From PVC group bacterium (GTDB taxonomy: Bacteria > Auribacterota > Erginobacteria > Erginobacterales > Erginobacteraceae): 25,199 nucleotides of DNA. Where the stretch lies: positions 1 to 25,199 of the forward strand of contig JAZDIV010000011.1 of the NCBI GenBank assembly GCA_043804695.1, given 5' to 3'. The stretch's first letter is position 1. The number at the start of each line of letters is the position of its first letter. This document shows positions 7,848 through 17,928 of the stretch, one piece after another. A model generated the notes under the pieces. The model saw nothing but the letters and a program-made list of their open reading frames with translations, did not search any database and had not been told where the DNA came from. The position numbers were made by a program, and so were the translations under genes.

Positions 7848-9935
7848 TCACAATGTATTCAAAGCAAGGGCTAATGGAAATACAGCCGGACAACCGGCCC
7901 GGCGCAAAAGTGCTGAAATCACCGTAAAAGTCCATCTGGAGTCTACCATATCATCAACCAGGAACACCGGTCCTTTCGGCATGGAGGAGTCATTATCTAT
8001 TCCAAAAACACCATCCAGATTTCGGGCCTGCTGAAAACTATTCAGCATCTCTTTCTGCGGTCGATTCTCTTTCAGCTTCCTAACACACGGGATAAAAGGG
8101 ATATGGAGCTGTCCAGCAAGCCGAGCCGTAAAATCCGGAACGAGTTCCGGATGTTTTATCGACGGAACGCACGTTAGCCAGGTGGGGAACGGATCCGGTT
8201 TCCATTCCTCGATCATCTGAAGGCAGCCATCGATCAGGTCATCCGGGAACCGGCCGGCACTGTACTTCCCATCACGAACCATCTCACCCCATCCTGCATC
8301 ACCCCAGAGTGACAGAGCCCGGCCGGGTTGCGCCATCAAGTCATCTGTGATCTTTCCGCAGAATCCGTAGTTTTCCAGCGCACCGGCTTTCCATTGTTTT
8401 CGCGGACTGATTTCCTGGTGACTTCGACGCAGGAAAAGACCTGCCTGATTGGCAATCTCCGGTGTTATCGACTCCGGCAGAAGTGGAGCGCCGATGCAGT
8501 TCGCGCACTTGCCACACTCCTGTGGGGAAGGATCATCCAGCGCCTGGGCCAGGAACTGCATCAGACATCGGGTTGTTTTCATATACTCCAGCATTTCCAG
8601 TTGTTCTGCCTGGCGCAACTTACATAACTGCTCTATTCTCTTCGTGTCGAGATGATACTCTATCGGTGTCGCGTGCCAACGCGGGCCCTGCTTATCAACT
8701 GGAGATGGGCTCTCGACTGAGAGAAGTTTCAGCACCTTCTCAATATCCCGCCAGGTAAGATTGAGTTTCTTCTGCAACATGATAACCGAAAGGCCATCGT
8801 CTGCCTCATTAAGAGCACGGAGTACAAGGCTTACATGCGCCTGAGGCGGAAAAGCCGTACGGATGAAATAATCCGTGATGTCTTTATCCTCATGCCCGCT
8901 GAGAAGAATTCCATAGGCCTCATCTACCGCCCGGCCCGCACGACCGACCTGCTGATAATAGTGAACTACCGAACCGGGCCGCTGGAAATGAATCACGAAG
9001 CCCAGGTCAGGTTTATCAAAGCCCATGCCGAGAGCAACCGTGGCCACGAGAGCTTTGATCTCGTTATTGATAAGCATCTGCTCCAATTCCTCACGGCGGC
9101 CGGTTGCCTTTTCCGTGCCATCGACCCTCGAATGATAGGCGATGGCGTTGATACCTTTAAGCTGAAGCCACGCCGCCACCCTTTCCGCGTCTCTGATAGT
9201 CAAAGTGTAGATGACCCCGCTTCCGGGAAGGTTCGGCACCTGTTCAGCCAGCCAGGCCAACCTTGCCGGCTGACCAGGCAGCCAGATATTCTGAAGTTTC
9301 AAGCTTTTCCGGACCAAAGGTCCGCGCCCGACATTAAGATTACCCAGTTGTGCCGCGACATCATTTACCACCCTCGTGTTCGCCGTCGCCGTGGTGGCAA
9401 GAACGGGAATGTTCGACGGCAATATCTGCAGGACTCTCACTATCCGGCGATAATCAGGACGAAAGTCGTGCCCCCAATCTGATATACAATGGGCTTCGTC
9501 AACAACAAAGAGACCGATCCGATCGGCGACCGGAAGCAGCATATTTTCGCGGAAATCGTCATTCGCGAGACGTTCCGGAGAAATGAGCAGAATATCAACA
9601 TCGTCTTTCAATAGTCTGTCCTTGACTTCCTCCCAGTCATCCCGGTTGCTTGAGTTGATCGTGGCCGCCTTGACAGCCAGCCGGTCCGCAGCCAGGATCT
9701 GGTTTCTCATGAGAGCAAGAAGCGGTGAGATAAGAAGAGTCACTCCGGCGCCGGCATTCCGGAGCAATCGGGTCGCCAGGAAATAGACCATGCTCTTCCC
9801 CCAGCCCGTCCGTTGGACAAGAAGCAGTCTCTCCCGCCGAAGAAGGCTTTGAATATATTCCCATTGGCCCGGTCTAAATCCTGCAGCGGGATCATCAAGA
9901 GCTATTCGGAGATATCTCAAGGCTTCATCTTTCAT
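7848..9935 (-). CDS. RecQ-family helicase with C-terminal phosphoribosyltransferase-like domain (RqlH-like)
   Basis: QRTGWGKS (motif I), DEAHCISDWGHDFRPDY, ATTATA, ATVALGMGFDK, YYQQVGRAGR, Zn-binding C..CGKCANC, C-terminal VFLVDDMVDSRWT resembling a PRPP-binding loop. Likely start ATG 9935 (MKDEAL). Confidence 0.93.
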   Translation of the reverse strand: MKDEALRYLRIALDDPAAGFRPGQWEYIQSLLRRERLLLVQRTGWGKSMVYFLATRLLRNAGAGVTLLISPLLALMRNQILAADRLAVKAATINSSNRDDWEEVKDRLLKDDVDILLISPERLANDDFRENMLLPVADRIGLFVVDEAHCISDWGHDFRPDYRRIVRVLQILPSNIPVLATTATANTRVVNDVAAQLGNLNVGRGPLVRKSLKLQNIWLPGQPARLAWLAEQVPNLPGSGVIYTLTIRDAERVAAWLQLKGINAIAYHSRVDGTEKATGRREELEQMLINNEIKALVATVALGMGFDKPDLGFVIHFQRPGSVVHYYQQVGRAGRAVDEAYGILLSGHEDKDITDYFIRTAFPPQAHVSLVLRALNEADDGLSVIMLQKKLNLTWRDIEKVLKLLSVESPSPVDKQGPRWHATPIEYHLDTKRIEQLCKLRQAEQLEMLEYMKTTRCLMQFLAQALDDPSPQECGKCANCIGAPLLPESITPEIANQAGLFLRRSHQEISPRKQWKAGALENYGFCGKITDDLMAQPGRALSLWGDAGWGEMVRDGKYSAGRFPDDLIDGCLQMIEEWKPDPFPTWLTCVPSIKHPELVPDFTARLAGQLHIPFIPCVRKLKENRPQKEMLNSFQQARNLDGVFGIDNDSSMPKGPVFLVDDMVDSRWTFTVISALLRRAGCPAVFPLALALNTL

Positions 9936-10244
9936 GAGATAGGGTAGTAATCCCGGATCATTCGCGGGCAAAATATTTTTATCAGGCCGGCGGGAGCCGT
10001 TCAATGAGAAACAAGAAAACAAGAGAATCCCGCATTATAGCAAATGGGAAGGGATGTGTCAGGAGGGAAATGAATGGGGAATTGGGAAGCGTGGTTTATC
10101 CCCCTTCGGGGGACATCCAGCATCGAACGTCGAACGGAGGCAGCGGCTGGGATCGGGCTTATAAAGCCCTCCCACAGACGCGCAGAGCGCAGAACGGGGC
10201 TGTAAATTCTAAGTTCCGAGAAGTAACGACCGCCCCCTGATTCC

Positions 10245-11885
10245 TTATTCAACAACACTTACATATTTACTGAGCGCCATGCTCAAGCCGGCCCGGGCCC
10301 AGTTCAGGGGTACGATCGGGGAGGGGAGCCAGAACTTGTTGCCATCGATTACCACCGTGTTGATGCTCTCGGGGGGCACTCCGGCCGTACCGGTCCGGCC
10401 GTCCGCGGTAATGCCAGCTCCCGTGATCTGCCCGAGGGCCCGTTTCAGATGTACCGTCGCCTGAAAGATGTCCTGGCGCCGGAGTTCAGGATCGCCGGTT
10501 ATTTCCGCCAGGTGAAGCCGGGCCAGGGCCAGGAGGCTATCGAAGAACCACTGGGCCTCGGTATCCGGGATCAGCCGGCTGAGACGCCAGAGAAAGTCGT
10601 TCTTCGATGACGTGTCCCCCGTCAGAGCCGGCATGTCTTTTTCCTCCCCGGCAGGAGGCTTGATCCAGTAGTTTCCCGACTGGTAACTGTCGCGTTCATA
10701 CCGGAGTGTCCCGCAGGGGCGGATCAGCCCTTCCACGATCAGCAGGGCCTTTCTCATCTCCTCCTCACTCAACCCCTGGAGGGGGGACGGCTGGATGAGA
10801 AAGATCAGGGCGCTGTCGGCCAGACGGAAATGGATGTCCTCAGGGGGGTAATCGGGGGACTCGCCGCCGAGCATGAGCTGCCGTTTTACAGTTTTCAGCC
10901 CGGATCCAATCAACTCGTTGAGCGCGGCTTCCGTCCATTGATCCGCTACCTCCTTATCCGCCTTTTTCAACAGGGCCGTAAACTTATCCTTAAACGGTTT
11001 GGCGGCGGCGGACGGATCCCGGCAAAGGAGGTCTCTCCAGACCTGGAGCGAACGGGTCGCCAGCCCGATACTGGAGGTGTTCTTCCGCGGGAGTTCTTCC
11101 CAGGCGCCGGCGTCTTCATAATCAAAGAACTTGATCCGATTCAGAAAGAGGGGATAGAGGCTGAGGACTTCCAGCCGCCCGGCCGTCAGCTGATCTTCCC
11201 CGATCCGTCCCCCGGCCAGAGCCTCGCCGAGCGCGGTGAAGAAGATGCCGTGGGCGTCGATCTGGCGGTGGTTCCAGACCTGGGGTTTGCCGTCCACCAT
11301 GACGTCGCCCAGATCGGGAGAGCTCCCGTCGAACCGGACGTGGGGCATTGCCATCTGATCCAGGGAGAGCGCGGGGTCGGCGATGACGCGGCGGAAACGC
11401 TCGATCTGGGGGGCGGTCGCGTAATAATCCCAGAGGGCCAGAAGCAGTCTTTCCGCATCGGCCTTCCGGGCGGGGTTCTCCAGGAAAGAGTAGTAGACCC
11501 AGACATTGTCTCTGACCCAGATCGCGTTGTAGTTGGTGTCGTCCTTCCCGCCTTCCCCGGCCCGAATCGCCGCCGGCGCGAATCCTCTCTTGTTTAACGT
11601 GATCTCCAGGGAGGGCTCCAGGGCATCCGAGATCTTCTGGAGGAGCGGCCGGGCCAATCCCTGCTTCACCCACCCGGCGACTTCGTCGTTGAAGACGGCA
11701 ATGAACTCACCCTCGGGAGAGAGGACCTGCCGGACGGGGGCGCCGGAAGAGAGATATTGCTTTACTCTCGCAGATCCGGCTTCCTCCCCGACTTTCTGCT
11801 GCGCCGGCGCCAGGACGGGATAACCGCCGCCGAGACCGCAGAGAAAAAGAGTAAAAATAAATACGCAAAACTTTTTACTTTTCAT
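10245..11885 (-). CDS. Secreted glycoside hydrolase family 15 / phosphorylase-kinase-regulatory-subunit-like protein
   Basis: Signal peptide; NYNAIWVRDN, WNHRQIDA, DAGAWEE, NTSSIG, TEAQW, PLNWARA motifs of (alpha/alpha)6 GH15-like proteins. Confidence 0.8.
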   Translation of the reverse strand: MKSKKFCVFIFTLFLCGLGGGYPVLAPAQQKVGEEAGSARVKQYLSSGAPVRQVLSPEGEFIAVFNDEVAGWVKQGLARPLLQKISDALEPSLEITLNKRGFAPAAIRAGEGGKDDTNYNAIWVRDNVWVYYSFLENPARKADAERLLLALWDYYATAPQIERFRRVIADPALSLDQMAMPHVRFDGSSPDLGDVMVDGKPQVWNHRQIDAHGIFFTALGEALAGGRIGEDQLTAGRLEVLSLYPLFLNRIKFFDYEDAGAWEELPRKNTSSIGLATRSLQVWRDLLCRDPSAAAKPFKDKFTALLKKADKEVADQWTEAALNELIGSGLKTVKRQLMLGGESPDYPPEDIHFRLADSALIFLIQPSPLQGLSEEEMRKALLIVEGLIRPCGTLRYERDSYQSGNYWIKPPAGEEKDMPALTGDTSSKNDFLWRLSRLIPDTEAQWFFDSLLALARLHLAEITGDPELRRQDIFQATVHLKRALGQITGAGITADGRTGTAGVPPESINTVVIDGNKFWLPSPIVPLNWARAGLSMALSKYVSVVE

Positions 11886-11930
11886 GGGATAAGACCCTCC
11901 TTCGGCCTTTAGGAGCCTGTCCCGATTTAT

Positions 11931-13211
11931 TCATAAATTGAATGGGGGGGCAAAACCGGCAGCCTCTTTCTGCTGTCGGCCATAATGCGCGGCCAGCTTT
12001 TTCATATATGGTTCAATGTGGGTGAAATACTTATACAGCCCGCGGCAGAGATAATTCAGTCCCGGTTCATCGTCAGCGGCGCGGATAAACCTGTTCCTGG
12101 GGCAACCGCCGTTGCAAACGAAGAGGAAACGGCAACGGAGGCATTGCCGGGGCAGCGAGCGGCTCTTGGCTGATCCGAACTCCCGCTGCCGGGGTGAGAA
12201 GGCCATCTCCGCGAGGGGTTCTTCCCTGATGTTGCCGAGCCGGTACTCGGGATAAACATAATGATCGCAGGAGTAGACACTGCCGTCATGCTCCAGGGCG
12301 AGCCCATGGCCGCAGACGGGCGCCTGGCAGCAGATTGACGGCGGCATTCCCATCCACCGGCCCAGAGCAGCCTCAAAGAGATAGACGAATACCCTGCCGA
12401 CGTCCTTCCGGTACCACTCGTCGAATATCCGGCAGAGAAAGGTCCCGAAATCGTCCGGATCAACAGACCAGTCGGTCACTATTGAATCGGGCGAGCCCGG
12501 CCGGGACGCCGGGGAGCCGGCCAGGGGGAGCGAATCGCTCTCCCCTAACCCGGGGGCAACCCGGGCGAAGTTTCCGGGCTCGACACAGGGGATAAACTGG
12601 ATCCGGGTGGATTTCAGCACATCGCGGAGGAAGCGGTATACCCGCAGGGGTTCCCGGGCATTCTTCCGGTTGACAACCGTGAGGCTGTTGAAGGTGACCC
12701 CGTGTTTCCCGAGCAGGCGTCCCGCGGCGAGCACCCGGTCGAAAGTCCCCTCTCCCTTCTTGTCCACCCGATAGGTGTCATGGAGATCACGAGGACCGTC
12801 TATGCTCAAGCCCACCAGGAAGCCGTTCTTGCCTAAAAATTCTCCCCACTCATCATCCAAGAGAATGCCGTTGGTCTGAAGATCATTTTCAATCCGGATG
12901 CCGGGTTGGCGGTATCTCTTCTCAAGAGCGACAACTTTCCGGAAAAAATCCAGGCCCCGCAGCGTGGGTTCCCCCCCCTGCCACGAGAAGACGATCTCTT
13001 CGGCTTCCTGCCCTTCAATGTACTGCCGAATAAATTTTTCCAGCAGGTCGTCCGGGAGGCGCCATCCGGTGGCGGTCTCGAGGAGACGCTCCTTGCTGAG
13101 ATAGAAGCAGTACGTGCAGTTTACATTGCAAACCGGGCCGATCGGCTTGATCATTACGTGGAAACACTTCATCCCCGCTTCCGGCCTTGACACTTGTCCA
13201 TCGATGTTCAC
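11931..13211 (-). CDS. Anaerobic sulfatase-maturating enzyme (radical SAM/SPASM)
   Basis: KPIGPVCNVNCTYCFY (CxxxCxxC), WQGGEPTL, YSCDHYV, CLRC...CNGGCPRNR...LNYLC SPASM cysteines. Start is GTG 13211 or ATG 13172. Confidence 0.96.
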   Translation of the reverse strand: MNIDGQVSRPEAGMKCFHVMIKPIGPVCNVNCTYCFYLSKERLLETATGWRLPDDLLEKFIRQYIEGQEAEEIVFSWQGGEPTLRGLDFFRKVVALEKRYRQPGIRIENDLQTNGILLDDEWGEFLGKNGFLVGLSIDGPRDLHDTYRVDKKGEGTFDRVLAAGRLLGKHGVTFNSLTVVNRKNAREPLRVYRFLRDVLKSTRIQFIPCVEPGNFARVAPGLGESDSLPLAGSPASRPGSPDSIVTDWSVDPDDFGTFLCRIFDEWYRKDVGRVFVYLFEAALGRWMGMPPSICCQAPVCGHGLALEHDGSVYSCDHYVYPEYRLGNIREEPLAEMAFSPRQREFGSAKSRSLPRQCLRCRFLFVCNGGCPRNRFIRAADDEPGLNYLCRGLYKYFTHIEPYMKKLAAHYGRQQKEAAGFAPPFNL

Positions 13212-13267
13212 GCTCCCTCACACTGTTAACAACCAGCCCGAACCAGGTCCTGGACGGACGCCGGTTA

Positions 13268-15061
13268 TCAATCCATGCCCTTGGGCGGGAGCGGGTACGG
13301 CCTCGTTTCGAGGCCCGAAAGTTCCTGCCCGATATCCTCGCCGATCTCTTCCCGGATCAGCCGGTTGAGCTTTTCGTTCATTTCCATGATCAGGTCTTTG
13401 TATTTTTCCGGCTCCGCCGCCAGGTTATGCATCTCCTCCGGATCCTTCTCGAGGTCATATAATTCAAGATCGTTCAACCCGAGCAGATCATTCCAGGTCT
13501 GGGGAGTGTTGTGCTGCCGGGGAGCGAAGTAACGGGTGAATTTGTAGCGCCCGTCGATAACAGTCCGGAGGTTGCCCCGTTTCATCAGGTCGAGTTTCAC
13601 TCCTTCCTTTTCGAGCTTTTCCCGGGCGTCTTTATCCTCCAGGGTCTTGAACGCCTTCTTCACGAAGCCGGCATCGACGGTCATGAGCTGGTCGTCGGCA
13701 AAGAGCGCCCCCTCGCGAACCGCATGTGCCGGGGCCGTTTCCGGGTCGGCGAGCAGTTTCGAAAGATCCCTGCCCGGCACCTCCGCAGTAATGGCTGATT
13801 TCTTCGCCAAAGAGACGCCGCTCAGGCCCACCATAGTCGGCATGATGTCCGCATGTGACGTGACGGCGTTACACTCTTTGCCGCGCGGGCCATCCGGGTG
13901 CACGATGATGAACGGCACGTGGATATTTTCCTCGTAAGCGGTGGGGCCTTTCCCGCGCAACTGACCGTGGACCCCGCCCATTTCGCCGTGATCGCTGGTG
14001 AAGACGATGATCGCATCTTCAGTAAGCCCGAGTTCCTCCAACTCGTCGAGGACACTCAGCATGTGGTTGTCCACATCCTGGATGCAATTTAAATAGTAGT
14101 CCTGGAAACGTTTCCAGGATGCTTCGTCGGGGGTAATTGTACCCAGGAGCGAATTCCAGGCCTCGAAATATTCCTGGTGGGCGGCGGGACGTCCCTTCGC
14201 ATCCAGGGGCTGAAAGAGGCTTTTCGGCAGCGGGTAATCGTGTTTCTTCCGATATACCGAATTTCCCGGCGAACGGCTGACCTCTATCGATAGATTACCG
14301 GTATCCTGCAGATTAACACCGGGGGGATCGGCATCGGCATACATGATGTCATGGGGGTTGACGAAGCTCACTACCAGGAACCAGGGCTGTTTTTTCTTCC
14401 GTAACTCCTCTCCCTTGCTTCGCAGCCAGTGAACCGCGGCCGCGGCGATCAGGCCGTCATCGCAATACCCTTGAAGCGTATTTCCGATCACATCGCCGAT
14501 CGGGTTGAAGCTGGAGAAACCATACTCTTCCATAGCGTCGGCATAGTTCTTTTCAGGATCGGTTTTCTCGAACTCTTTGGTCAGGTGCCATTTCCCTATG
14601 TACGCTGTGTAGTAGCCGGCTTCCCGCATCTTGTCGCCGATGGTGGGAATATCCGGGGAAAGGCTCTTTATCCAGGGGAGCTCGATATTGTCGAACATCT
14701 TGTTATTCGGCACCTGCTGCCCGGTGTAGAGGACGGCCCGGGAGGAGGTGCACATCACCGAGGCGACGTAGTGTCTGTTAAAGGTGACACCGGCCTTTTT
14801 TAATCGTTCCCGGGCTTCGTAGTCGGTGTCCCGGGGATACTGCTGGAAGTATTTCTCCTGGTCGGTGGTGATGAAGATGATGTTATGCGAGTTTTGAGAT
14901 GTATCACCCTCTCCCGATGTGCTTTTCCCCGGCTGGTCCGAAGAAGCAGTAACTAAAGACCCGGCGCCGAAAGCTGCCATCCGGCAACCCAGCAACACCG
15001 CACCAGCCCCGGCCCATCGTATGAGATAATAAAGCATTGCTTTCTTAATCGCACCGGTCAT
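13268..15061 (-). CDS. Cys-type sulfatase, probably exported
   Basis: ATG 15061 overlaps the ATPase stop (ATGA); NIIFITTDQ, MCTSSRAVLYTG, YIGKWHL, NPHD, FTSDHGE, ELYDLEKDPEEMHNLA. Confidence 0.93.
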   Translation of the reverse strand: MTGAIKKAMLYYLIRWAGAGAVLLGCRMAAFGAGSLVTASSDQPGKSTSGEGDTSQNSHNIIFITTDQEKYFQQYPRDTDYEARERLKKAGVTFNRHYVASVMCTSSRAVLYTGQQVPNNKMFDNIELPWIKSLSPDIPTIGDKMREAGYYTAYIGKWHLTKEFEKTDPEKNYADAMEEYGFSSFNPIGDVIGNTLQGYCDDGLIAAAAVHWLRSKGEELRKKKQPWFLVVSFVNPHDIMYADADPPGVNLQDTGNLSIEVSRSPGNSVYRKKHDYPLPKSLFQPLDAKGRPAAHQEYFEAWNSLLGTITPDEASWKRFQDYYLNCIQDVDNHMLSVLDELEELGLTEDAIIVFTSDHGEMGGVHGQLRGKGPTAYEENIHVPFIIVHPDGPRGKECNAVTSHADIMPTMVGLSGVSLAKKSAITAEVPGRDLSKLLADPETAPAHAVREGALFADDQLMTVDAGFVKKAFKTLEDKDAREKLEKEGVKLDLMKRGNLRTVIDGRYKFTRYFAPRQHNTPQTWNDLLGLNDLELYDLEKDPEEMHNLAAEPEKYKDLIMEMNEKLNRLIREEIGEDIGQELSGLETRPYPLPPKGMD

Positions 15062-17814
15062 TCCAGCCTCCTTTTCGAGGCGACCAGCCGTACCACCAGT
15101 TTGACAACTTCCTCCAGGAGCAGCACCCCCGCGGCGAAGCCCAGGCAGAGAACCCACTGTCTCAGAGAGAGCCCGGTCGTCCGGAAAATTTCTCGCAGCA
15201 ACCTGGTTTCGGTGATCAGTATCATGCCCAGGATGGCCCACAGGAATGAGAACCAGAGCTTTGGGTTGGACAGCGTTTCCCGGCAAAATACACTCTTGTC
15301 CGGGTAACGGAGGTTGAGCGCCACCGCTATATGGGCATAGGCGAAGACCGTCAGCGCCATGGACTGGGCGACCGCGGCCGAGCCGTACAGTCGCACCGCC
15401 AGCTGCCGGGTTACCAGGGCGGCGGCCGCCATCAGGAAGCCGGCGCACAGGATCTGAATGCCGGTCACGATATCGATAATGGGCTGAGCGGCGGGACGGG
15501 GCTTCCGTTTCATCAGCCCCGGGGTGGGGGTGTCCATCCCCAGGGCCGCGCCGATCGGGGCCAGATCCCCGAAGTGAATCCATATCACCTGCCAGGGATT
15601 GAAGAGGGCGACGCCGGCGAGCGCCCCGGCGCCGAGGAACCCGAGGATGAACCCGATCAGATTCGACATTTGCAGGCGGATATACTTCATCAGGTTATCG
15701 TAAATGACGCGCCCCTCCTCGACCGCGGTGACGATGGTACTGAAATTATCGTCGGCCAGAACCATGGCTGCCGCGCCCCGGGAGACGTCCGTGCCGGCGA
15801 TCCCCATCGCTATCCCGATGTCGGCGGTCTTCAGCGCGGGAGCGTCATTGACCCCGTCTCCCGTCATGGCCACGATATCGCCCCGTGCCTGCAGGACCTT
15901 CACCAGGCGGACTTTATCTTTGGGGGCGACACGGGCGACCACGCCGATTTCATCTATCCGGGCATTGATTTCAGCGTCGCTCATTTTCTCGAATTCCGTC
16001 CCCGTGACGACACTCCCTTCGATACCCAGCTCCCGGGCCACCGTGGCGGCCGTAACGGCATGGTCCCCGGTCACCATCCGCACCCGGATCCCCGCGCTCT
16101 GGCATTTATCTATCGCCTCCTTCACCTCCGGACGGGGAGGATCGATAATCCCGACCAGGCCGAGCAGGGTCAGGTCACGGACCTGGTTGAGCAGGGGGGC
16201 GCCGGGATCGAATGTCCCGGGATCCAGATCACGCCGGGCAACGACCAGTTCCCGCAGCCCCTGCCGGGCGAGAGAATCGATCTCATCGAGTATCTGTTTC
16301 CGCACCTCTCCGGTGATCGGCCGCACTTCGCCGTCCCAGGCGCGGACATACCCCGAACGATCGAGCAGCCGGTCCGGCGCGCCCTTCGCGTAGCACCGGA
16401 TGACCTCCCGGCCCGTCTCATCGGTAATCCGGTGGAAAGTCGCCATCAGCATGTATTCCGAGTCAAACGGCAGCACGGCGGCCCGGGGATACTGATTCCT
16501 CGTCTCCTCGATGTTGATCCCGTTCTTCGCCGCCAGCACGACCAGGGCGCCCTCGTTCGGGTCGCCCGCGCATTTTCCGTCCCGCACGGAGGCATCGGAA
16601 CATAACACCATCGGCATCAGGACCGAATCGATGTCCCCGGCGGACCGGCCTCCGGTCCGCTCGATGACGCCTTCCCTGCCGTACCCGTGGCCGGTAACGT
16701 GGTAGGAGGCTCCGGGCAGGACCAGCGTCTCGACCATCATCTGGTTCATGGTCAGGGTGCCTGTCTTATCCGAGCAGATCGCGGACGTGGAACCGAGCGT
16801 TTCCACCGAAGGGAGCCGTTTGATAATGGCATTGCTCTTTGCCATGGCCACCATCCCCATGGAAAGAATCGATGTGACCACGGCCGGAAGCGCGTCGGGG
16901 ATGGCGCCGACCGCCAGGGCAACGCCGAGACGGAACAAGACGTCAAACGGCTGGCCCCGGGATATACCCAAAACCAGAACGCTTCCGAAGGTAACCGCGG
17001 CCATGATCACGATAACCCGGGTGAGCTGATCGATCTGCCGGGTGAGCGGGGTTTCTTCTTCCTTCGCCTCCCGCAGCATGTCCGCGATCTGCCCGACATG
17101 GGTGGCCATCCCGGTTTCGGTCACCATCATCTCACCACGACCCCGGGTCACGTTCGTGTTCATGAACATCATGCTGGTGCGGTCACCAAGCGGGACATCT
17201 TCGGAGACGACCGGGTCGATCCTTTTCAGCACGGGCACGCTTTCTCCGGTCAACGATGATTCCTCCGCTTCCAGTGTCGCCGCGGCGATCAGGCGCCCGT
17301 CGGCCGGCACCCGGGCGCCCTCGCGGACGAGCACGATGTCCCCCGGGACTATTTGCGCGGCCGGGATCGAGATCACCTCCCCGTTCCGCCTCACCGTGGC
17401 CTCCGAGATCAGCATCTGCCGGAGAGCATCCACGCTGCGCCGGGCCTTGCTTTCCTGGACTATTCCCAGTACGGCGTTGAACAGGGTCACGCAGAAAAGC
17501 AGCCCCGCGGTCGAGATGTCGCCGATGACAACACTGACGATCGCCGCCCCCAGGAGCACCGCCTGCATGAGCGGCCGGTACTGGTTCAGAAACGCCTTGA
17601 GGACCGATTCCTTTCCGGCTTCGACCAGCTCATTCGGTCCCCATCTCTCCAGGCGGCGGGCGGCTTCAGCCGCGGTCAAACCGGCGGCAACATCCACCTG
17701 CAGCAATCGCGCGCATTCCTCGGCGCTGAGAGAATACCAGGCGGCTGCCGGCTTCCCGGGAGCCGCGGCCGCCGCTGAAGCAGCAGCAGAGCCTGTTTTC
17801 TTTTCACTGTTCAT
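15058..17814 (-). CDS. P-type cation-transporting ATPase (P2A-like architecture, atypical ion-binding residues)
   Basis: LTGES, CSDKTGTLT (phospho-Asp), KGAP, DPPR, VTGD, TGDGVNDAPAL. Confidence 0.96.
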   Translation of the reverse strand: MNSEKKTGSAAASAAAAAPGKPAAAWYSLSAEECARLLQVDVAAGLTAAEAARRLERWGPNELVEAGKESVLKAFLNQYRPLMQAVLLGAAIVSVVIGDISTAGLLFCVTLFNAVLGIVQESKARRSVDALRQMLISEATVRRNGEVISIPAAQIVPGDIVLVREGARVPADGRLIAAATLEAEESSLTGESVPVLKRIDPVVSEDVPLGDRTSMMFMNTNVTRGRGEMMVTETGMATHVGQIADMLREAKEEETPLTRQIDQLTRVIVIMAAVTFGSVLVLGISRGQPFDVLFRLGVALAVGAIPDALPAVVTSILSMGMVAMAKSNAIIKRLPSVETLGSTSAICSDKTGTLTMNQMMVETLVLPGASYHVTGHGYGREGVIERTGGRSAGDIDSVLMPMVLCSDASVRDGKCAGDPNEGALVVLAAKNGINIEETRNQYPRAAVLPFDSEYMLMATFHRITDETGREVIRCYAKGAPDRLLDRSGYVRAWDGEVRPITGEVRKQILDEIDSLARQGLRELVVARRDLDPGTFDPGAPLLNQVRDLTLLGLVGIIDPPRPEVKEAIDKCQSAGIRVRMVTGDHAVTAATVARELGIEGSVVTGTEFEKMSDAEINARIDEIGVVARVAPKDKVRLVKVLQARGDIVAMTGDGVNDAPALKTADIGIAMGIAGTDVSRGAAAMVLADDNFSTIVTAVEEGRVIYDNLMKYIRLQMSNLIGFILGFLGAGALAGVALFNPWQVIWIHFGDLAPIGAALGMDTPTPGLMKRKPRPAAQPIIDIVTGIQILCAGFLMAAAALVTRQLAVRLYGSAAVAQSMALTVFAYAHIAVALNLRYPDKSVFCRETLSNPKLWFSFLWAILGMILITETRLLREIFRTTGLSLRQWVLCLGFAAGVLLLEEVVKLVVRLVASKRRLE

Positions 17815-17928
17815 GGCCTTGAGCTCCTATGTTGATTGTCATCCCTCCTCCGCCGTCACCATCCCCGGTTCTTCCGGGGAAGAGAGCCGGGGAGGGTGGG
17901 GCGCCGCCGGCAATTCAGGGCCCATCAT

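Noticed and set aside
15062..15583. N-terminal extension of the sulfatase ORF (also 18149-18841 for PLD, 2157-2309, 9936-10022)
   Set aside because: These overlap other genes or repeat DNA; better starts with SD, overlap coupling or signal peptides lie downstream.
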